This document shows, piece after piece, positions 30,903 to 39,008 of a stretch of 64,000 bases of DNA. The position numbers and the translations under genes are program-made. Below the pieces are notes generated by a model. It saw nothing but the letters and a program-made list of their open reading frames with translations, did no database searches and was not told where the DNA came from. How positions within the stretch are numbered: position 1 is the first letter of the stretch; each line of letters begins with the position of its first letter. Source of the stretch: Thermoanaerobaculia bacterium (GTDB taxonomy: Bacteria > Acidobacteriota > Thermoanaerobaculia > UBA5066); contig CAVRAY010000002.1 in the NCBI GenBank assembly GCA_963719225.1, positions 448,001-512,000 on the forward strand, written 5' to 3'.

Positions 30903-31997
30903 ATGCGAATGCTCCGTCTTCTTGCGCCCCTTCTCATCTGTTCCACGCTCGCGTTCCCGGCTGTCGCGCGCGCCGGCGACGACCCCGACCTGCCGATCGA
31001 CGCCGCGACGCGGAACGCCGTCCTCGAGGGCGTGGCCGAGAAGATCTCCGCGCTGTACGTCCTGCCCGACGTGGGCGCGCGGGTCGCGCAGGAAGTCCGG
31101 GCACGCGCCGCGCGCGGCGAGTTCGGCGGGTTCACGAGCGCCAGGCCATTCTGCGAAAGGGTCACGGCCGTCCTCGTCGAGGCGAGCCGCGACAAACACC
31201 TCAAGCTCGTCTACTCCGTGCGCCCGCGGCCGCTGCCGAAGGCAGGCGAGGAGGATTCGCCCGCGGAACGGGCCCGAAAGCGGGCGGACGCGGCGTTCGT
31301 GAACTTCGGCTTCCACAAGGCCGAGCGCCTGCGCGGCAACATCGGCTACCTGGAGTTCGAGCGCTTCATGGACCCGTCGATGGCCGGCGAGACGGCGGCG
31401 GCGGCGATGGCTTTCCTGTCCCACACCGACGCACTCATCTTCGATTTGCGCGGCAACGGAGGCGGGACCCCGATGATGGTGGCGTTTCTCGCGAGCTACC
31501 TGTTTCCGGAGCCGGTTCACCTCAACGACATCGCGAGCCGGACCGAAAGCGGGACGAAGCAGATCTGGACGCTGCCGTACGTCCCGGGTTCGCGGTTCGA
31601 CGGCAAGGACGTCTACGTGTTGACGAGCCACTTCACGTTTTCGGGCGCCGAGGAGTTCTCGTACGACCTCAAGAGCCTCAAGAGGGTCACGCTCGTCGGA
31701 GAGACGACGCGGGGCGGGGCGAACCCGGGCACTTTCGAGATGCTGAACGAGCACTTCGCCGTCTTCGTGCCGAGCGGCCGCGCGATCAACCCCGTCACGA
31801 AGACGAACTGGGAGGGAACGGGCGTGACCCCCGACATCGCGGTGCCGGCCGATCAGGCGCTGAAGACCGCGTACCTGGACGCCCTGGAGAAAGCCGCGAC
31901 GCGGACGACCGACCCGCAAAGGCAGGAGTCGTTCCGGGAGTGGATCGCGACGACGAAGAAGGAGCTCGAAGAACTGAAGACGAAAGGTTCGAAGTGA
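30903..31997 (+). CDS. S41 family peptidase (IRBP-like)
   Basis: Signal peptide, NIGYL, IFDLRGNGGG, TFSGAEEF, VGETTRGGANP and WEGTGVTPDI. Confidence 0.93.
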   Translation: MRMLRLLAPLLICSTLAFPAVARAGDDPDLPIDAATRNAVLEGVAEKISALYVLPDVGARVAQEVRARAARGEFGGFTSARPFCERVTAVLVEASRDKHLKLVYSVRPRPLPKAGEEDSPAERARKRADAAFVNFGFHKAERLRGNIGYLEFERFMDPSMAGETAAAAMAFLSHTDALIFDLRGNGGGTPMMVAFLASYLFPEPVHLNDIASRTESGTKQIWTLPYVPGSRFDGKDVYVLTSHFTFSGAEEFSYDLKSLKRVTLVGETTRGGANPGTFEMLNEHFAVFVPSGRAINPVTKTNWEGTGVTPDIAVPADQALKTAYLDALEKAATRTTDPQRQESFREWIATTKKELEELKTKGSK

Positions 31998-32008
31998 TCC
32001 GGGGCGAC

Positions 32009-33391
32009 TTAGACGTTCGCCATTGATCCGTCGAGCGCGGCGCCGGCGGTCCGGATCACGTCCGCGTAGAAGCGGGCGCTCGCCTTCGGGGTTCGCCGCT
32101 GCGTGGCGTGGTCGACGTGCACGATCCCGAAGCGCTTCGAGAAGCCGTAGGACCACTCGAAGTTGTCGAGGAGCGACCATGCGAAATAGCCGCGGACGTC
32201 GACGCCGCGCGCGATGGCCGCGCGCGTCGCGCGGAGATGGTCTCGCAGGTACGCCGCGCGGAGAGGGTCCGCGACGCGGCCGGGCGGCGCCACGGGCGGG
32301 TCGGGGAAGGCCGCGCCGTTCTCGGTGACGTAGAGGGGCAGGTCTCCATAGCGGGACTTCACCCACGTGAGGATCCCGAGGAGTCCCGGTGCATAGACCT
32401 CCCAGTCCATCTCGGTGTGGAGAGCGCCGTCCTGCCGGACGCGCGAAGCCCGCGTGAAGACATCGGGATCGTCCTTCACGACGCTCCGCGTGTAGTAGTT
32501 GATCCCGAGAAAGTCGATCGGCGCCCGGATGAGATCGAAGTCGGCGGCGGGCAGCCGGGGCCACGCCTCTCCGAAGATCGCGGGCAGCTCTTCGGGCGTG
32601 CGGCCGAGAAATACCGGATCGAGGAACTGCCGGTTCATGTAGGCGTCGGCACGCGCCACGGCCGCGGCGTCGGCGGGGGAGTCCGTCGCCGGGAACTTCG
32701 GCTCGAGGTTGACGACGAGGCCCAGGCGCAACCCGCCTTCCGCGCGGCAGGCGGTGACGGCCGCCGCATGCGCGCGCAGGAGATTGTGAGCGACGACCGG
32801 CGCCTCGGCGAGGCTGCGGTGTCCGGGCGCGTGGATGCCGTGCACGTAGCCGCCGTCCATCACGACCCACGGCTCGTTCAATGTCGCCCACGAGCCCACA
32901 CCCGGAAGCGCGCGGCAGACGGCGCTCGCGTACTCCGCGAACCACCCGGCGACGTCGCGGTTCAAAAAGCCGCCTCGGTCGTCGAGAGCCGCCGGCAGGT
33001 CCCAGTGAAAAAGCGTCCCGAACGGCTCGATCCCGGCGTCCAAAAGAGCGTCGACGAGCCGCCGATAGAAGTCCAGCCCCTTTTCGTTTACGCGCCCGAC
33101 GCCTTCGGGGAAGACGCGGCTCCAGGAAACGCTGAAGCGGTAGGCGCTCAGCGAGAGGCTTTGCATGAGGGCGACGTCCTCGGGAAAACGGTGGTAGTGG
33201 TCGCACGCGACGTCGCCGTTTTCGCCGCCCGTCACGGTGCCCGGCGTGTGCGCGAAGCGGTGCCAGTTGCTCGGCCCGGCCCCGTCGGCCAGAGGCGAGC
33301 CCTCGATCTGATAAGCCGACGTCGCGGCTCCCCAGAGAAATCCCTTTGGAAATCCCAGGTTCGGCGACACGAGCAGGTCCGCGGCAGGCAA
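32009..33391 (-). CDS. GH1 beta-glucosidase
   Basis: FLWGAATSAYQIEG, TLNEP (acid/base), YVTENG (nucleophile) and WSLLDNFEW. Confidence 0.96.
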   Translation of the reverse strand: MPAADLLVSPNLGFPKGFLWGAATSAYQIEGSPLADGAGPSNWHRFAHTPGTVTGGENGDVACDHYHRFPEDVALMQSLSLSAYRFSVSWSRVFPEGVGRVNEKGLDFYRRLVDALLDAGIEPFGTLFHWDLPAALDDRGGFLNRDVAGWFAEYASAVCRALPGVGSWATLNEPWVVMDGGYVHGIHAPGHRSLAEAPVVAHNLLRAHAAAVTACRAEGGLRLGLVVNLEPKFPATDSPADAAAVARADAYMNRQFLDPVFLGRTPEELPAIFGEAWPRLPAADFDLIRAPIDFLGINYYTRSVVKDDPDVFTRASRVRQDGALHTEMDWEVYAPGLLGILTWVKSRYGDLPLYVTENGAAFPDPPVAPPGRVADPLRAAYLRDHLRATRAAIARGVDVRGYFAWSLLDNFEWSYGFSKRFGIVHVDHATQRRTPKASARFYADVIRTAGAALDGSMANV

Positions 33392-33449
33392 CGAGGCCAG
33401 TCTATGACGCGCGAGCGGTGGCGCTAAACTGCCCGCGGCCGCACCGCGT

Positions 33450-33527
33450 CTGCCCGTAGCTCAGCTGGACCAGAGCATCGGCCTTCTAAGCCGAGGGTCG
33501 TCGGTTCGAATCCGACCGGGCAGGCCA
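33450..33527 (+). tRNA. tRNA-Arg(TCT)
   Basis: CTGCCCG-TAGCTCAG...TCGGC-CT-TCT-AA-GCCGA...GGTTCGAATCC...CGGGCAG-G-CCA. Confidence 0.97.
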
Positions 33528-33641
33528 TAGATATTCAGCGGTAAGAACCGGCGACATTGGGGGTGCGTGGGCGAAGCCCCCGCCTCACGTCAGTAGCGGC
33601 AGCCGGGCGACGATTCCATTGCTCGCGAAGCGAGCGTCGCC

Positions 33642-33668
33642 CGGTTCGAATCTCCCCGGGCAGGCCAT
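33642..33668 (+). repeat. Direct repeat of the tRNA-Arg 3' end (att-like scar)
   Basis: CGGTTCGAATCtccCCGGGCAGGCCAT matches 33502-33528 at 24 of 27 positions, exactly 140 bp downstream. Confidence 0.85.
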
Positions 33669-33712
33669 GCTTTCTGCGCAAGTGCGAGCGCGGCGGCCGT
33701 ATGGTGCGCGTC

Positions 33713-34702
33713 ATGAAGGCGTTGGTCGCCGCGCGTTACGGTGGTCCCGAAGTCCTCGCGATCGCCGAGCGGCCTGAGCCCGAGGTCGGCCCGCGCGACG
33801 TCCTCATCGCGGTCAAGGCAGCGAGCTTGAACCCGCTCGACTCCAGGATCCGCGACGGCAAGGTCAAGCTGGTGCTGCGGCTGCGCCCACCGATCGCGCT
33901 CGGCTGCGACGTCGCAGGCGTCGTCGATCGGGTCGGTGCCGCGGTCACGAAGTTTCGGGCCGGCAATGAGGTCTATGCACGACTCGAGGAAGATCGGATG
34001 GGCGGGCTCGCCGAGCGCGTTGCCGCCGCCGATCACGTCGTCGCGTTCAAGCCGGCGCGAGCCTCCTTCGAGGAAGCAGCTGCGGTCCCGCTCGCGGCGT
34101 TGACGTCGCTGCAGGCGTTGCGCGAGGCGGCCGGGCTGGTCGCCGGGCAGCGCGTGCTGATCCACGCTGGCGCCGGCGGCGTCGGCAGCCTGGCGATCCA
34201 GATCGGGAAGATCCTCCAACTCCACGTCACCACGACGACCAGCGCAAAGAACGTCGACTTCGTCAAGCAGCTCGGCGCCGATGACGTCGTCGATTACACC
34301 AAGCGCGAGCCGTTACCCACCGGCGTCGACGCCGTGTTTGACACGCTCGGTGCCGAATCGGAGCTCGCTTCGCTGGCCGCGGTCAAGCGAGGTGGCATTG
34401 TCGTCGGAATTGCCGGGATGCCCGACGCCGCTTTCGCCAGGCAACGGCTTCCGGCATTCGCGCGGCCCGTAATCTGGCTCGCAACTCTCAAGCGCCGGCG
34501 TGCGGCGTCACATGCGAACGCTCGCTTCATCTACTTGTTCATGCGGCCCGACGGAGCGCAGCTCGCCGAGCTCGCGAGCTGGATCGATGCCGGCCGCTTG
34601 AAGCCGATCCTGCACCGTATCTATCCACTGGCCGAATCGCGAGAAGCCTTCGCGGAGCTCGAGCGCGGGAGGGCCCGCGGAAAGATCGTCATCACGATCT
34701 AG
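33713..34702 (+). CDS. NADP-dependent zinc-type (MDR) quinone oxidoreductase
   Basis: YGGPEVL, ASLNPLD, GCDVAGVV, LIHAGAGGVG and GRARGKIVI; TATGGT -10 box 7 nt before ATG 33713. Confidence 0.92.
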   Translation: MKALVAARYGGPEVLAIAERPEPEVGPRDVLIAVKAASLNPLDSRIRDGKVKLVLRLRPPIALGCDVAGVVDRVGAAVTKFRAGNEVYARLEEDRMGGLAERVAAADHVVAFKPARASFEEAAAVPLAALTSLQALREAAGLVAGQRVLIHAGAGGVGSLAIQIGKILQLHVTTTTSAKNVDFVKQLGADDVVDYTKREPLPTGVDAVFDTLGAESELASLAAVKRGGIVVGIAGMPDAAFARQRLPAFARPVIWLATLKRRRAASHANARFIYLFMRPDGAQLAELASWIDAGRLKPILHRIYPLAESREAFAELERGRARGKIVITI

Positions 34703-34860
34703 AACGCACCGGCGGCCGCGAGCCCACCACCCTCGGGCGCGATCCGGCTGTCCCGCCGCGGTATCGATCAAGCCGCCTTCATAACCTCCGGGAGCCTCTC
34801 GAACAGCCGACTGAGCTCGGGCGGCGGGTCTGCCAGGGTAGTTCAATACGTATCAACGAA

Positions 34861-34870
34861 GGCAGGCCAT
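34861..34870 (+). repeat. Third copy of the tRNA-Arg terminal core GGCAGGCCAT
   Basis: Exact 10-bp match to 33519-33528 and 33659-33668, at the boundary between two accessory genes. Confidence 0.5.
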
Positions 34871-34890
34871 TGATCTCGATGGTACGGGCG

Positions 34891-35316
34891 TTACGGGGGC
34901 AGCCGCCAGAACCACAGCTCCGTCGCGTCCAGGGTTGTCCAGCTCATGGTGTTGTCAACTCCAGGATCCCACCGCGGCAGGCACATGTTCGTGGTCCAGA
35001 GATCGATGTGAGGCGTGGCGCCTGCGGGCCTCTTATAGAACAGGATCCCCTGACCCTGGATGTTTCCTCGATGACTCGGCCGCTCCGATCCGCCCAGCCT
35101 GTCGTCGAGATAGCGGGCCAGAGCCGGGGCGCCGCGCACGTGGCCGTGCGGACATACGTTGTGCCCGAATCCGGCCAGGAAAGTCGGATCGACTCCCACG
35201 AGTGCGATGCTCATCCGGATCGCGCACTGGTTCTCGTAGCGCGGCTGGCCGGCCGCCGTTCTGCAGGGGTGGGCTTCGTGCGGGAAGTTCTGGACCAATT
35301 GGCTGAACAGGATCAT
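34891..35316 (-). CDS. Tae4-like (T6SS amidase effector family) peptidoglycan amidase
   Basis: ENQCAIRMSIAL (catalytic Cys motif NxCAxRxS), GILFY, HIDLW (catalytic His) and terminal LWFWRL; GGAGG RBS before ATG 35316; TTGCAA-N18-TACGCT upstream. Confidence 0.8.
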   Translation of the reverse strand: MILFSQLVQNFPHEAHPCRTAAGQPRYENQCAIRMSIALVGVDPTFLAGFGHNVCPHGHVRGAPALARYLDDRLGGSERPSHRGNIQGQGILFYKRPAGATPHIDLWTTNMCLPRWDPGVDNTMSWTTLDATELWFWRLPP

Positions 35317-35417
35317 GAGACCCTCCGCAAAAGGAGCGACTGGGTTTGATCCGAGCGTATCCAACGTCGTCTTCATGTTGCAAGTTGACTTCAAAGTCGC
35401 TGCACTACACTGCGGCC

Positions 35418-35700
35418 GTGAAGGCCGCGCGGACCGGGCCGAATGCGTTCACGATCGACTTCGAGAACGAGGCGGAACTCCGCGAGGAGCACCGGACGAA
35501 CCTGAGCCGGCCCTATGAGCGATCGGCGAGGAGACCACATACCTTCGTCGGGCTCGTCCTATTCTGGAACGCTCTCCTCCGGGTTCGCCGACGAGTTCGC
35601 TCGGCTCTTCAAGAAGAACCACCTTCTGATCCTGAAGAAGCAGATCGAGTCGGGGAGATTTCTCGAGGTCGCTCGTCGCCGCCCCGGAGGTGGCGCCGTA
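35418..35700 (+). pseudogene. Probable chimeric gene remnant(s)
   Basis: TACACT -10 box then GTG 35418 gives a protein-like start (KAARTGPNAFTIDFENEAELREEHRTNLS) that degenerates; a second protein-like stretch (FARLFKKNHLLILKKQIE) lies in another frame. Confidence 0.35.
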
Positions 35701-35704
35701 GCCC

Positions 35705-36112
35705 TTACGGCGGCGGCGTGCCCGGGTTGCTCTTGAATTCCACGCTCGTGAAGTTGAGCGAGAGGGACTCCATGGCGTCACGCCCGCTCCCGGAAATGTT
35801 GTAGCTGGCGATCAGCGTGTTCGACATCGTGAGTCGGAGATAGACCGCCCCGTCTTTGACGAAATCGATGAACACCGTACCCCCTTTTCCGGTAAGCGCT
35901 TCACTAAAGAGGTGAACCGATGAGCAGTCCTGAGGCTTGGTCACGACGATTTCGCTCACCTTTGATGGGCCCTCTCTCGATGCGGACCCGCCGCTTGGAG
36001 AGGAAATATTTCTCCCGACTCCGAACTGTGCGCTGCTCAGCTCGATCCACCCGCGGTGAGCCGATTCCGTCACCTCGCCTTTGATGTCGGTGATCTTCAT
36101 GAACATGGGCAT
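35705..36112 (-). CDS. hcp: Type VI secretion tube protein Hcp (orphan)
   Basis: FMKITDIKGEVTESAHRGWIELSS, SEIVVTKPQDCSSVHLF and ESLSLNFTSVEF are Hcp/TssD signatures. Confidence 0.92.
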   Translation of the reverse strand: MPMFMKITDIKGEVTESAHRGWIELSSAQFGVGRNISSPSGGSASREGPSKVSEIVVTKPQDCSSVHLFSEALTGKGGTVFIDFVKDGAVYLRLTMSNTLIASYNISGSGRDAMESLSLNFTSVEFKSNPGTPPP

Positions 36113-36177
36113 GGGGCTCTCCCGCCGTTGCGATTCGTTCTCAAGAGCCTAGCACAGGGTTCGAGGGCTCTCGACGC

Positions 36178-36376
36178 CACGTCCACCTTCGTGCCGTCGG
36201 CTGATTCGTAGTTCGTGCCGCAGAAACAGATATGAAGGACATCGTGATCTCCCCGCTTGCGATCTTCTCGCCGGCGGCGACGACGCCCCCGGCGGAATGC
36301 CAGGCGGTCGAGCAAAGGGGGTCTTCTCCGACCCGCTCGAGAAGGTCGGGTGATAGAAGACGCCGGTCGTGCGCGT
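36178..36376 (-). pseudogene. Histone-deacetylase-family remnant with internal deletions
   Basis: Three colinear fragments with a frame change at each junction: RTTGVFYHPTFS / PDLLERVGEDPLCSTAWHSAGGVVAAGEKIASGEI / DVLHICFCGTNYESADGTKVDV. The start position reads ACG after a GGAG RBS. Confidence 0.6.
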
Positions 36377-36378
36377 GC

Positions 36379-37158
36379 CTACTCCCATTTAGGCGGGCGC
36401 TTCTCGAGGAAGGCGTGGAGGCCTTCGGCGAAGTCGGGCGTGCCCGCGAGGTGAACCGCGGCCTCGAGCTCGAGGGCGAGTGCGTCGTCATAGGGCAGAT
36501 CGAGACCCAGCGTGATGCAGCGGCGAATGGCGGCGAGTGCCGCCGCCGGCTTTGCGGCCAGGGCCGCGGCATAGGCCTGCGCTTCCTCGCGGAGTTTCTC
36601 GGGAGGCACGACGAAGTCCACGAGCCCCATCGCGAGCGCCTCCTCGGCCGTGACGAGGCTCCCTTCGTAGAGAAACCGCAGGGCGCGAGGCCGCCCGAGA
36701 AGCCTGGACAGGGATTGCGTGGTGCCCACGGGGGGAATGAAGCCGATGTTGATCTCCGGCTGCCCGAGGCGCGCATCCTTCGCGGCGAAGCGGACGTCGC
36801 AGTTCAGCACGATCTCGAGCCCGCCGCCGACGGCCGTCCCGTGAATGGCGCCGACGAGCGGCTTCGATGCCTCGCGGATCTGGCGGACGAGACGGTGACA
36901 GATCTCGACCCACTCTCGCATCTCGCCCGGCCGCATCGCCGCGAGGACTTTGAGGTCCGCCCCGGTGGAGAAGAACTTCTCGAGCGCACTCGCGATCACG
37001 ACGACGCGTACGCCGGAATCCCGGAGGAGCTCGTCAAGCGCCAGCGGGATTTCGCGAAGCATCTTCCAGTCGATCGCGTTGAGGGGCGGGCGCCGGTACT
37101 CGAGCCAGCCGACGCGGTCGTCCACGCTCGTTTTCAGGAACTCGTAGCTCATGGCCAC
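36379..37158 (-). CDS. Enoyl-CoA hydratase/isomerase
   Basis: FSTGADL, AVGGGLE, GQPEINIG and AFLEKRPP. Confidence 0.95.
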   Translation of the reverse strand: MAMSYEFLKTSVDDRVGWLEYRRPPLNAIDWKMLREIPLALDELLRDSGVRVVVIASALEKFFSTGADLKVLAAMRPGEMREWVEICHRLVRQIREASKPLVGAIHGTAVGGGLEIVLNCDVRFAAKDARLGQPEINIGFIPPVGTTQSLSRLLGRPRALRFLYEGSLVTAEEALAMGLVDFVVPPEKLREEAQAYAAALAAKPAAALAAIRRCITLGLDLPYDDALALELEAAVHLAGTPDFAEGLHAFLEKRPPKWE

Positions 37159-37227
37159 CTCGCCGGTTCATCTTCTCCCAGAATCATCGGGCCGGCTTAC
37201 CATCCCCAGCGAGACTGAGGAGGCCGG

Positions 37228-38382
37228 ATGGCAGAGCACGCGGATGTAGCGATCATCGGCGCGGGAGTCATCGGCTGCAGCGTCGCGTTCCATCTCGCGC
37301 GCCTCGGCCGGTCCGACGTCCGCCTGATCGAAAAGGAGCCCCTGCCGGGCGCGGGCTCGACGTCGAAGGCGAACGGCGGCATCCGGGCGCAGTTCACGAC
37401 GGAGATCAACATCGCGATGTCCCTCGCGTCGATGACGATCCTCGACGCGCTCGCGGACGAGATCGGCGAACCGCCCCTCTACCGCAAGGCCGGCTACCTC
37501 TTTCTCACGGGCGATCCGGCGAAGCTCTCCGCGATGTCAGCCGCCGCCGCATTCCAGAAGGCGCGCGGCGTCGGCGTCGAGGTGCTCGACGCCGCCGGCG
37601 TCCGCGCGCGGGCTCCATACGCAGCGGGGCCGATCGTGGGCGGGACCTTCGGCCCTCGCGACGGGTTCATCGATCCCGGCGGCCTGACGAATTTCTTCCT
37701 CCGCGAAGCCACGCGGGCCGGCGTGAAGACCCGCTACGGAGCCGAGGTGACGCACGCGGAGAGGGATTCCTCCGGCGGGTTCCTTCTGCACACCGAGGCG
37801 GGTGAGATCCACGCCTCCGTCGTCGTCGACGCCGCGGGGCCCTTTTCCGGCGGTGTCGCCGCGCTCTTCGGCGTCGACCTTCCCGTCGTGCCCGTCCGCC
37901 GCCACATCCTCATCACCGGCCCCTGCGCTTCGCTTCCGCAGACGATTCCGATGACGATCGACGCGGACAGCGGCGTCCTGATCCGCCGCGAGGGGAACCG
38001 CGTCCTGATCGCGTACTCGAATCCCGACGAACCTGCCGGCTTCGACACCTCTTTCGATCCGGACTTCCCGCTCCGCATCGCCGGACCGCTGGAGGCGCGC
38101 TTCCCCGAAGTCGCCGAGGCCGGCCTCGACCTCAGGCGGAGCTGGGCCGGCCTCTACGAGGTGACGCCCGACCACCACGCGGTCATCGGCGCCGTTTCCT
38201 CCCTGCCCGGCTTCTTCGTCGCCTCGGGCTTCTCCGGCCACGGCATCATGCACGCGCCGGCCGCGGGCCGGGCCGTCGCCGAGATGATCGTCAAGGGACG
38301 GAGCGAAAGCGTGGACGTCGGCGCGCTATCGATCGAAAGGTTCGCGCGCGGCGAAGCGATCCACGAGACGATGGTCCTCTGA
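37228..38382 (+). CDS. FAD-dependent oxidoreductase (DAO/sarcosine oxidase beta family)
   Basis: IIGAGVIG, WAGLYEVTPDHH and GFSGHGIMHAP. Confidence 0.93.
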   Translation: MAEHADVAIIGAGVIGCSVAFHLARLGRSDVRLIEKEPLPGAGSTSKANGGIRAQFTTEINIAMSLASMTILDALADEIGEPPLYRKAGYLFLTGDPAKLSAMSAAAAFQKARGVGVEVLDAAGVRARAPYAAGPIVGGTFGPRDGFIDPGGLTNFFLREATRAGVKTRYGAEVTHAERDSSGGFLLHTEAGEIHASVVVDAAGPFSGGVAALFGVDLPVVPVRRHILITGPCASLPQTIPMTIDADSGVLIRREGNRVLIAYSNPDEPAGFDTSFDPDFPLRIAGPLEARFPEVAEAGLDLRRSWAGLYEVTPDHHAVIGAVSSLPGFFVASGFSGHGIMHAPAAGRAVAEMIVKGRSESVDVGALSIERFARGEAIHETMVL

Positions 38383-38402
38383 GGACGGGAAGTTGGACCC
38401 CT

Positions 38403-38924
38403 TCAGGGTGCCGCCTTCACCGCCAGCCATTCGCGGCGAGCTCCAGGCGGCAATGTGTCCAAGTGCTTCGCAAAAAGCGCGACCTCCCACATCTCCCGAT
38501 CAGACAGAGTCCCGCCGTAGGCCGGCATCCCCGTGAATCGAATGCCGTGGGCGACCTTCCAGTACGTTACTTCCACGGGATCATCCTCGACGCCGTGTTT
38601 CGCGAGCTGCGGCGGGTTCGGCGTCAAGCCTTTCGCGATCGACGACATTCCACCATCGGCACCTCCATGGCACACCTGACAGTTGGCGCGGTAGAGCGCG
38701 ACGCCCGAGGTGAGACTTTCGTCCGTGGGCAGAACGGGACTCTTGAGTGCCGTGGCCTCTCGGCGCATCGTCGCCTGCAGCGATCTCTTCGCGGCCCACT
38801 TTTCCAGCCTGCTCGGCTTCGAGTCCTGTCCGGCCGGCAGGGCGCCGGTCGTCACGAAGAAGTAGCCGGCGGCAATCGCCGTGGCGACGGCAGCGACAAA
38901 GCCCAGGACAAATCCCTTTCCCAC
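38403..38924 (-). CDS. Membrane-anchored cytochrome c
   Basis: C-terminus of the long antisense ORF; AAGGAGG RBS and GTG at 38924; N-terminal TM, CQVCH and GIRFTGMPA (distal Met). Confidence 0.9.
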   Translation of the reverse strand: MGKGFVLGFVAAVATAIAAGYFFVTTGALPAGQDSKPSRLEKWAAKRSLQATMRREATALKSPVLPTDESLTSGVALYRANCQVCHGGADGGMSSIAKGLTPNPPQLAKHGVEDDPVEVTYWKVAHGIRFTGMPAYGGTLSDREMWEVALFAKHLDTLPPGARREWLAVKAAP

Positions 38925-39008
38925 GGCGACCTCCTTGCAACGAGCAGACGAAACCTGGCGTCGCCGCTTTTGACGTTGCCGCCCGGCGCATATCATCCTG
39001 CGCGGGAC

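Noticed and set aside
33502-34870. Repeats as a CRISPR array or integron attC array
   Set aside because: Only 2-3 copies, irregular spacing, derived from the tRNA end; no cas or intI genes and no attC R-box pairs that I could identify.
33528-36380. Prophage or intact integrative element at tRNA-Arg
   Set aside because: No integrase, transposase or phage structural genes; Hcp is the only tube-like protein.
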